Source: an uncultured Chloroflexia bacterium
Lineage (GTDB): Bacteria > Chloroflexota > Limnocylindria > Limnocylindrales > CSP1-4
NCBI GenBank assembly: GCA_963746405.1
Contig: CAVVAV010000003.1
Span: 338,811-402,810, forward strand
DNA: 64,000 bases
Reading direction: 5' to 3'
Made by a program: the position numbers and the translations under genes
Shown: piece after piece, positions 17,262 through 24,480 of the stretch
How the letters are laid out: the number at the start of each line of letters is the position of its first letter
Position numbering within the stretch: position 1 is the first letter of the stretch
The notes under the pieces: model-generated
What the model saw: only the letters and a program-made list of their open reading frames with translations
The model's database searches: none
What the model was told of the DNA's origin: nothing

Positions 17262-17977
17262 TTCGGGAGCGAGAAACCGATCTCGACGGCGCCGCCCTCC
17301 GATTCGGTCACCCAGGTGCTGCCCCGCATCGCATCGATCAGCCGACCGGCCACGTACATCGCGATGCCCGGGCTGGGCGACCCAGGGGCCGGGTCGTGGG
17401 CCGGAAGGTCGAACAGGCTCGTGCGATCCTCGGCCGTCAGCGTGCCCGTCCGGTCCAGCAGCCGGCATGTCACCTGTCCGTCCTCGGCGCCGACGGCGAT
17501 CTCGAGGTCGGTCCCCCCGGCCGCCCGCCAGCCCACGTTTGCGATCAGGTTGCGCAACGCATGTGCCAGCGCGCCTGGATCCGCGGCGACCGGGGGCGGC
17601 GTGCCATCCGATCGAACCAGGGTGCGAAGCCCTGGCCAGCGCGGAGCCTCGATCTGGGTGCCGGCGTCGACGGCACGGATCAGGGAGATCGGTTCGCGCG
17701 TGACGTTCACTGCGTTGTGTTCCAGGCGTGTCAGGACGAGGAGGTCCTCGACCGCTCGGAAAAGCCGCGCAGCCTCGTGATAGACATCGGCAGCGAGCTC
17801 GCGGCGCATGGCCGGCAGGAGATCCTCGTTGCGGGCGAGGACGGCGCTGCCGGCATAGATCGTCGTGATCGGTGTGCGCAACTCATGCGCGAGCACGCCG
17901 AGCAGCGCTTCGTGCTCCGAAGCGTGGGCGGACGCGATCTCCTCGGGCAGGGGCTGTGCGGCGTGGGACGGGGACAT
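17243..17977 (-). CDS. sensorless histidine kinase-like protein with degenerate ATP-binding boxes
   Basis: H-box AHELRTP intact. N-box NLIANVGWR, G1 DRTGT and G2 SPSPGIAM are non-canonical. Confidence 0.8.
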   Translation of the reverse strand: MSPSHAAQPLPEEIASAHASEHEALLGVLAHELRTPITTIYAGSAVLARNEDLLPAMRRELAADVYHEAARLFRAVEDLLVLTRLEHNAVNVTREPISLIRAVDAGTQIEAPRWPGLRTLVRSDGTPPPVAADPGALAHALRNLIANVGWRAAGGTDLEIAVGAEDGQVTCRLLDRTGTLTAEDRTSLFDLPAHDPAPGSPSPGIAMYVAGRLIDAMRGSTWVTESEGGAVEIGFSLPNYESAA

Positions 17978-18081
17978 GATCCAAGCGTGCGCCACGCGCG
18001 GCCCCCCGAGTGTCGCGAGCCAGTCGTGTTGTCTTGCGAGCGCGTTGCGCGTTCATCGCAGCGTGGCGTTCGTGCGCGTGC

Positions 18082-19290
18082 TCAGGCCTCGCTGTCGTCC
18101 TCGAGCAGCGGAAGGGCGACCACGACCGTCGTGCCACGACCTGGCCCGTCGGAGTGCAGGACGATCGTTCCGTCATGTGCGGCGATGATCCCGCGGCAGG
18201 CGTACAGCCCGAGGCCCAGCCCCGGGATACCCTCGGTCCGGGCTCGATCGGCGCGAACGAACCGATCGAACACGGACGTCGCCTCCTCGCTCGAGAGACC
18301 CATGCCGCGGTCCCGGATCTCGAGCTGCGCGAGGTCATCCGCGCCGCGAGTGGTCTGGATCTCGACCCGAGCCCCTCGAGGCGAATACTTCACCGCGTTG
18401 CTGATGAGGTTCGAGACGACTCGCCTGAGCAGATGTGGGTCCCACATGCCGACCAGGTGGTCACCCGATGGCCGGTACGCGATCCGCCGGCGCGTGTCCT
18501 CGTCGACGAGGGCGAGGGCGTCCATGACGATCGCCTCCAGCTTGGCGGGCTCCGGATCCGGTTTCAGGGCTCCCATCGCCAGGCGGGAAGCGTCGCCGAG
18601 CGTGTCCAGCATGATGTTGATCTCGTTCGTGGCAACGACGGCGTCCTTGACGATGTCCGTTACCCGCGCGCGGTCGAGGTCGGGCTCACTGAGCCACCGC
18701 GAGGCCAAGTCGAGCGAGGCCGTCACGAGGGTGATCGGTTGCCGGATGTCGTGGACCGTGGTCGCGAGGAACTCCTCTCGGAGGGTCTCCACGCGGTCGG
18801 ACAACGCGTTCAAGCCGACCGTCGCCGCACCATCGATGGCGTCGTCGACGACGGCTTGCCCGGCAAGGATGTCGGCCGCCGGCGCATCCTCGATGGACGC
18901 GATCAGGGCACGGCCGATCTCGTGCCGAAGCAGGCGAAACTCGGTCACGATCGCGACTGGCCCGAGACCCTGTTCGAACCGCACCTGGGCATGTGCCTTG
19001 GCCGCATCGATGACTGATGGATCGTCCATCGGCGGCTGGACATCGTCGTGATATGTGGACCGGCGCAGCACCGCGATGATGTTCTCGAGCAGAACCGGGA
19101 TGTGGTCCGCAACCGCCGCCGCGGGGTTGTCGCGGTGGAATGGTTGCTCGAGCGCGGCCTTCAGCCACGCCGCCAGGATGGCGCCTCGTCGCCGGGACAG
19201 CGCATCCGCGATGGGCTGGAGATCGGCGTCGTCGACGACACCCTCGATGCGCTGGTCGATGTCGGATGCGGCCTGGTTCGTCTCGGACAT
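18082..19290 (-). CDS. cytoplasmic histidine kinase with RsbRD_N-like N-terminal domain
   Basis: Helical N-domain (W...PFH...HIPVLL...HAQVRFEQG), HDIRQP, NLISNAVKYS, DRGMG and GLGLGL. No TM. Confidence 0.88.
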   Translation of the reverse strand: MSETNQAASDIDQRIEGVVDDADLQPIADALSRRRGAILAAWLKAALEQPFHRDNPAAAVADHIPVLLENIIAVLRRSTYHDDVQPPMDDPSVIDAAKAHAQVRFEQGLGPVAIVTEFRLLRHEIGRALIASIEDAPAADILAGQAVVDDAIDGAATVGLNALSDRVETLREEFLATTVHDIRQPITLVTASLDLASRWLSEPDLDRARVTDIVKDAVVATNEINIMLDTLGDASRLAMGALKPDPEPAKLEAIVMDALALVDEDTRRRIAYRPSGDHLVGMWDPHLLRRVVSNLISNAVKYSPRGARVEIQTTRGADDLAQLEIRDRGMGLSSEEATSVFDRFVRADRARTEGIPGLGLGLYACRGIIAAHDGTIVLHSDGPGRGTTVVVALPLLEDDSEA

Positions 19291-19447
19291 GCCGCCCGTC
19301 CCTCCTCCCCTCGCAGGCCGCTAGCGGCCCGCAAGGACGTCCGAGCATAAACCCTCGCGCCCAGCCGCGCCCCGCACGCCCACGAAGGTCGCTGGACATG
19401 ACGAGGCCCCGGCGTCGCCGCCGGGGCCTGTCTTGCCTAAGGGGTGG

Positions 19448-19783
19448 TCAGCGATCGCCGCGAAGCTCGTCACCCACGTTGCCGAGCTGCTCGCGGGCCT
19501 CGTCGCCGGCATTGCCGAGCTTGTCGGCAAGCGACTCGTCGCCGTCGGAGCGCCGCCAGGCGGCCTTCGCGTCGTTCTCGCTGTCGCGATAGTCGCGCTT
19601 CGCGCCCTGGGTGGTGTCGTCCGCGACATCGCGCATCTCGTCGCCGGCATTCCCGAGCTGCTCGCGCGCCTCATCGCCGGCATTGCCGATCTTGTCGCCG
19701 AGCGACTCTTCGCCGTCGGCCTTGCGCCATGCCTGCTTCGCGTCCGTCTGGACGTCGCGTGCACCCTTCTTGATGTCATCCAT
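19448..19783 (-). CDS. 111-aa LEA/CsbD-like protein with an internal duplication
   Basis: AAGGAG SD. Two 57-aa-period copies, each with 11-mer GNAGDEAREQL units. Confidence 0.8.
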   Translation of the reverse strand: MDDIKKGARDVQTDAKQAWRKADGEESLGDKIGNAGDEAREQLGNAGDEMRDVADDTTQGAKRDYRDSENDAKAAWRRSDGDESLADKLGNAGDEAREQLGNVGDELRGDR

Positions 19784-19934
19784 GGTGGGACTCCTTCACG
19801 CTGGTGGCGCTGCGATACGCCGTGACCAGAACCTACCGCCGCGACCTATCAGGGCGCCCGACGAGAACGATGGTCCGCTTGCGGTGACGTTGCAGGACGG
19901 ACCTAGGGGAGCAGCGCTTCGGCGGGCCCGGAGG

Positions 19935-20303
19935 TCAGCGGGTCGTCGACGGGCGAGGACCGGGCTTCGTCGTCGACTGTCGGTCGAGGAGCGTCAGGCC
20001 CATCGCCGCCGCCGGTACGAGCGCCAGCAGCACGAGCAGCCGATTCGCTCCTCCGACGAGCAGGCCGAGGGCGAACCCGAACGCGACCAGCGTTCCGGCC
20101 GAGAGGGTCTCGTCCGAACCGGAGTCGATGGCGCGCCGTGCATCGGTGAGTGCGTCGCGAGTGGTTGCCGCGGCTTCAGGCAGACGGGCGACCGCCTCGT
20201 TGGCCACGTCACGGACCGTGTCGGCGACGTCGCGGACGGCCTCCTTGGCCTGCTGGGCGGTGGTCTCGTCGGCTCCCGCCGTCGATCGTGGTGTCGTGGC
20301 CAT
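19935..20303 (-). CDS. 122-aa protein with an amphipathic N-half and a C-terminal hydrophobic hairpin
   Basis: AAGGAG SD before ATG 20303. LVAFGFALGLLVGG...LLVLLALVP. Confidence 0.78.
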   Translation of the reverse strand: MATTPRSTAGADETTAQQAKEAVRDVADTVRDVANEAVARLPEAAATTRDALTDARRAIDSGSDETLSAGTLVAFGFALGLLVGGANRLLVLLALVPAAAMGLTLLDRQSTTKPGPRPSTTR

Positions 20304-20709
20304 GCTCAAACTCCTTCGACGGTTGCCCGGAGCGGCGAGTCGCCGTGGGTCGGGCGATGCGACGGAAATGGCGACGGACGGCCCAGGGAGGGGACCCGGG
20401 CCGTCCGTGCGGTCCGAGAACGCCCCGTCACAAGCGCTCCCGGTTGGGGACTTTCGATGTCGTCGCGCGCCGGGCGGCTGGGACCTGGATCGGCGATTGA
20501 CGTTGCTCACGGTAGGGTGCTGTTGCCAACGCGGCGATGACGCGAGCGGGATCGGGCCTTGCATCCCCATATCAGTGGGTTTTAGGTGACTCCCGGACCC
20601 CCAGTGGCACGGGAGCCACATCGCAAGTGTTGGCGCCGGAGCGTCACGGTCGCCCATGTCGCCGGACCCGGCGCGTTGCACTGGTCTCACGGCTGCGCCG
20701 GTGAGCCGG

Positions 20710-21177
20710 TCAGCCCGTGACGTCGTCCTGGCGGACTTCACCTCGCCAGGCGCCAGTCGCGACGCCGCGACTCTCGACGAATTGCTTGAACCGCTCGAGA
20801 TCGCCCTTGGCCTGGCGCGTCACGAATCCGAGCGCGTCACCGACCGACTCGACCGGGCCCTCGGGCTCGACGTCGAGCTGGAGCGTGACCCGCGTCTTGC
20901 GGTCGTCCAGACGATGGAACGTCACCACGCCGGCGTTCTTGGCGCCCTCGATGGACGTCCAGGCGATGCGCTGGTCCGGCTCCTGCTGGGTGATCTTCGC
21001 CGTCCACGTCTTCGTCTTGCCGGCGATCTCGGCCGTCCAGCGCAGGGTGGTGTCGTTCAGCTGTTCCACCCGCTCGACGGCGTCCATGAACTCCGGGAAC
21101 TCCTCGAACTGGGTCCACTGGTCGTAGGCGACGCGGACCGGGACGTCAACTTCGATGGTCTCGATGATTTCCGACAT
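20710..21177 (-). CDS. SRPBCC (cyclase/dehydrase-like) family protein
   Basis: IEVDVPVRVAYDQWTQFEEFPEFM, EPDQRIAW and GDLERFKQFVE motifs. Confidence 0.9.
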   Translation of the reverse strand: MSEIIETIEVDVPVRVAYDQWTQFEEFPEFMDAVERVEQLNDTTLRWTAEIAGKTKTWTAKITQQEPDQRIAWTSIEGAKNAGVVTFHRLDDRKTRVTLQLDVEPEGPVESVGDALGFVTRQAKGDLERFKQFVESRGVATGAWRGEVRQDDVTG

Positions 21178-21214
21178 GTGATGCTGCTCCTCTTTGGGCT
21201 GCTGTGGAAGCGAA

Positions 21215-21240
21215 GAGGCCCACCCGTCTGGGTGGGCCTC
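21215..21240 (-). terminator. hairpin between the GlsB/YeaQ/YmgE gene and the SRPBCC gene
   Basis: GAGGCCCACCC-N4-GGGTGGGCCTC, an 11-bp stem followed by TTCGCTT on the minus strand. Confidence 0.6.
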
Positions 21241-21283
21241 CTCGCGTGCTGGGATGTTCCGGGCGCTGGGGCCCGGCTGTCGA

Positions 21284-21565
21284 TCAGACGGGGCCGCGGC
21301 CCACGCGCGAGCGACCGGTCACCGCGCCGACCACGAGGACCGTGATCACGGCGCCGATCGTCGCGACGACGATCGAGCTGATGTCCAGCGCGCCGTCGAT
21401 CGGATCGGTGTTGAACAGGACACCGGCCAGGAAGCCGCCGACGAGCGCGCCGACGATGCCAAGCACGATGTGTCCGATGATGCCGAGGCCCTCGTCACCC
21501 TTGACGAGGAAGCCGGCCAGGTACCCGGCGATGGCGCCGAGGACGATCCACGCGATAATGCTCAT
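21284..21565 (-). CDS. GlsB/YeaQ/YmgE family stress-response membrane protein
   Basis: MSIIAWIVLGAIAGYLA...GIVGALVGG...ATIGAV signature. GGAGG SD. Confidence 0.9.
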   Translation of the reverse strand: MSIIAWIVLGAIAGYLAGFLVKGDEGLGIIGHIVLGIVGALVGGFLAGVLFNTDPIDGALDISSIVVATIGAVITVLVVGAVTGRSRVGRGPV

Positions 21566-21707
21566 CCGTTACCTCCATCCCCAATGCGGGCCTCTCACCC
21601 GCCTGCTGGGGTTCCTTCGCTCGCAAGTCGGAGCTGTGGCTCACTGTCGCGCTCGCCGCGCGGCGCGCGGACTACGACTGGGCGCGACCACGTAACAACG
21701 GCATGAA

Positions 21708-21739
21708 GACGCCGGGCCCCAGTGAACGGGCCCGGCGTC
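21708..21739 (-). terminator. terminator-like hairpin after the small lipoprotein
   Basis: GACGCCGGGCCC-N8-GGGCCCGGCGTC, a 12-bp stem. Confidence 0.65.
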
Positions 21740-21759
21740 GATTCGCCATCTGCTGGATA

Positions 21760-21954
21760 TCAGGAAGCGGTCGGTGACGCGGCGTCGCTCGGGGACTCCA
21801 TCGGCGCGGCGTCGCTCGGGGACGCCATCGGCGCGGCGTCGCTCGGCGCGGCCACGCTGGGTGCGACGGTCGCGGCCGGACTTGATCCGCCGGCCGGCGT
21901 GCAGGCGATCAGGGCGGCCCCCAGGGCCACAGAGAGCAGCAAACGCTTGAACAT
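21760..21954 (-). CDS. 64-aa lipoprotein with 9-aa (27-nt) SPSDAAPM tandem repeats
   Basis: GGAGG SD, signal MFKRLLLSVALGAALIAC (lipobox), and three A/SPSDAA repeats. Confidence 0.8.
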   Translation of the reverse strand: MFKRLLLSVALGAALIACTPAGGSSPAATVAPSVAAPSDAAPMASPSDAAPMESPSDAASPTAS

Positions 21955-22223
21955 GTGAATTCCTCCCGGAAGTGCGTCCTTGCGCCGCCGCGCGTGGGGC
22001 GGCTCGGTCGGGTCAGTGCCAACCGACCAGGACCCCACCGTACGACCCCGGACCCCACGCCCGTCTCGCGCCCGGCCAGGGGGAGGTTGCAGGCGGCTCG
22101 CAGACGGTTGTCACGTTCGCGTGATGCGCAGCCGCCTCGCCGCGGTATCGGCGCAGGCCCGAGCGCCTGAGCATTCGAAGCACGTCGAGGCGCGTGCCAT
22201 CGACATTCGAGGACCCACCATCG

Positions 22224-22361
22224 ATGCTGACCGACCGGACCCATCCCCCATTCGCGATCGACCATCCCGAGCCCGCGTCCGATCGGGGGATGCTGGTCCT
22301 CCAGTACCTGGTCGCGGCGATCGCCGTTACCGCCGCGGCGTTGCTCGCCCTCGTCAACTGA
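22224..22361 (+). CDS. 45-aa single-TM peptide immediately upstream of CorA, absent from the ORF track
   Basis: GAGGA SD. MLTDRTHPPFAIDHPEPASDRGMLVLQYLVAAIAVTAAALLALVN. Its TGA overlaps a CTG in the CorA frame. Confidence 0.65.
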   Translation: MLTDRTHPPFAIDHPEPASDRGMLVLQYLVAAIAVTAAALLALVN

Positions 22362-23332
22362 GCCCCGTCGCCGCCAGGCTGTTCGACGCCGACGGGCACG
22401 ACCGCCGGATCGACCTGGCCCATGTCAACGTCGGGGACCTGGGCGATCGCCAGTTGCTATGGCTCGATATCGATCGCCGTGACGACGACGACGGGCTCGC
22501 CGCCGTTGCCGAGCGTCTCGACCTCCCGGGGGTCGTCCTCGAGCGATTGTCGAAGGAGATCGACCGGGCCAACCTGGCGCGAACCCAGGAACGGCTCCAT
22601 CTGACGCTCCAGGCGCTGGAGGCCGACGACAAGGACCCATCGCACTTGACTCGGCGGGAGATCGACTTTGTCGCGACACGGAACGTCGTCCTCACGGTGC
22701 ATGTTGGCCCCGTGGCGGCATTGCAGCGGTTCACGGAGACCCTCGAAGGAGAGACGCGTCTCGGTGCGCTCGACGCCGCCGACCTCCTGTCCAGCCTGGT
22801 CGACGAGGTCATCATCGGCTACTACATGCTCGCCGAGACGTTCGAGCGCGAGATCGACGAGCTGGACCAGAGTGCTCTCCACGACCGCCGGTCGGACGAC
22901 GTCCTGGGCGAGATCGTCTCGGTCCGGCGTCGGATCGGCCTGGTGCGTCGCACGCTCACACCGCATCGCGACGCTCTGGCTTCGCTTGCCCGGCCGGAGA
23001 TGCGCGTCGAGGAGACAGTCGGTCAACCATGGCCGGGTCTGGTCGATCGTCTCGAAGGAGCGATCGCCGCCATCGACGGCGTCCGCGACAGCCTGCTGGG
23101 CACCTACGACATCCACATCGGGCGGGTGTCCCAACGGGCGAACCAAGTCATGAAGACACTGACCCTCCTCTCGGCGGTGCTGCTGCCGGCCGTGGTGCTG
23201 GCCGGGATCATGGGCATGAACTTCGCGATGCCGTTCTTCGAGGACACCGGAAACTTCGCGGTCGTCCTGGGCTCGATGGTCGCCCTCGCGGTGGGCATCC
23301 TCGCCGTCGCCCGCTGGCGGGACTGGATCTAG
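22358..23332 (+). CDS. corA: CorA-family Mg2+/Co2+ transporter (probable CTG start)
   Basis: LLWLDI N-domain, NQVMKTLT, GIMGMNF signature and two C-terminal TMs. No ATG/GTG/TTG near the expected N-terminus. Confidence 0.85.
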   Translation: MSPVAARLFDADGHDRRIDLAHVNVGDLGDRQLLWLDIDRRDDDDGLAAVAERLDLPGVVLERLSKEIDRANLARTQERLHLTLQALEADDKDPSHLTRREIDFVATRNVVLTVHVGPVAALQRFTETLEGETRLGALDAADLLSSLVDEVIIGYYMLAETFEREIDELDQSALHDRRSDDVLGEIVSVRRRIGLVRRTLTPHRDALASLARPEMRVEETVGQPWPGLVDRLEGAIAAIDGVRDSLLGTYDIHIGRVSQRANQVMKTLTLLSAVLLPAVVLAGIMGMNFAMPFFEDTGNFAVVLGSMVALAVGILAVARWRDWI

Positions 23333-24447
23333 TTAGCGGAGTCGGGCAGCGATCGCTCGTAGCCCTCCGTCGTCGCCTCGTCCGGTGTTTCGATGGCGGC
23401 GGGGTCCTGCGCGACCGGCGTCTCGCGTGCCTGCAGCCGCGACAGCACGATCTCGACCGAGGCGGCCAGGGGCACGGCCAGGAAGGCGCCGAGCAGGCCG
23501 CCCACCTCCGCGCCCAGGAGCAGGCTGAAGAGCACGAGGAGCGGCGAGATCCCGATCGTGTTGCGCATGACCAGCGGGACCAGCACGTTGCCCTCGATGA
23601 GCTGCAGGACGAGGTAGATCAGCGCGACGACGAGCGCGAGCTCGGGCGACACGGTCGCGGCCACGAGGATGGCGGGGATCGCCCCCAGCAGCGGCCCGAC
23701 GATCGGGATGGCCTCGGTCAGGGCAGCGATCAGGCCCAGCAGCAATGCCCCCGGCAACCCGAGGAGGGTGTAGGCGATAGACGTGGCGATGCCGATGGCG
23801 CCCATCAGGATGAGCTGGCCACGAACCCACAGGCCGAGTCGCGTCTCGATCTCGTTCCACGCGTTGCGGGCCCCCGCCCGCCGCCCCGCCGGCAGGAACG
23901 CCAGCGTGTAGCGCTGCAGACGAGCGTGCTCGACGAGCCAGAAGAACACGATCGCCAGCATCGTGAACAGGAAGACCGCCGCCTCGGCAACGGCCGTGCC
24001 GACCTCGACGACCTCGTTCGGGTTCGGCGGCGGGGCCGGGGCGAAGATCTCGGCCACGGAGTCGATGAGGGCCGTGACGGACGTCGAGAGGGCCATCGGC
24101 CGCAGGTTCTCCGCCCACAGCCGCACCTCCTCGAAGAACGGGGGAAGCGACGCGATGATGCGCTGGCCCTGGTTGACCGCCGCCGGCACGACGATGAAGG
24201 CCATCCCGATCGTCACGACGAAGAACGCGAGATAGACGATGAGGATCGTCCCGACTCGGCCGAACGGGAGTCGCTCCCGCAGCCAGCCGATCATGGGTTC
24301 GAGCGCCGACGCCAGCAGGACGGACAGGAACAGCAGCAGCAGGACGTTCGACGCGGCGATGCCAAGCTGGAGCAGGCCGTAGACGATCACGACGCCCACG
24401 GCAAGCCCCATGCCGCGGATCGCCCAGGTGGTCACATCGGAGCGCAT
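23329..24447 (-). CDS. AI-2E family transporter
   Basis: Multi-TM. EAIPIVGPLLG, QLIEGNVLVPLVM and GLLGAFLAVP motifs. Confidence 0.9.
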   Translation of the reverse strand: MRSDVTTWAIRGMGLAVGVVIVYGLLQLGIAASNVLLLLFLSVLLASALEPMIGWLRERLPFGRVGTILIVYLAFFVVTIGMAFIVVPAAVNQGQRIIASLPPFFEEVRLWAENLRPMALSTSVTALIDSVAEIFAPAPPPNPNEVVEVGTAVAEAAVFLFTMLAIVFFWLVEHARLQRYTLAFLPAGRRAGARNAWNEIETRLGLWVRGQLILMGAIGIATSIAYTLLGLPGALLLGLIAALTEAIPIVGPLLGAIPAILVAATVSPELALVVALIYLVLQLIEGNVLVPLVMRNTIGISPLLVLFSLLLGAEVGGLLGAFLAVPLAASVEIVLSRLQARETPVAQDPAAIETPDEATTEGYERSLPDSAN

Positions 24448-24480
24448 GAGGGCGGACTCTGGCGTTAGGTCAGCGCCGTG

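Noticed and set aside
22105-22115. Exact 11-mer CGTGACAACCG shared upstream of two small exported proteins (also 62708-62718)
   Set aside because: One 11-mer match among many promoter pairs is expected by chance, and the distances to the starts differ.
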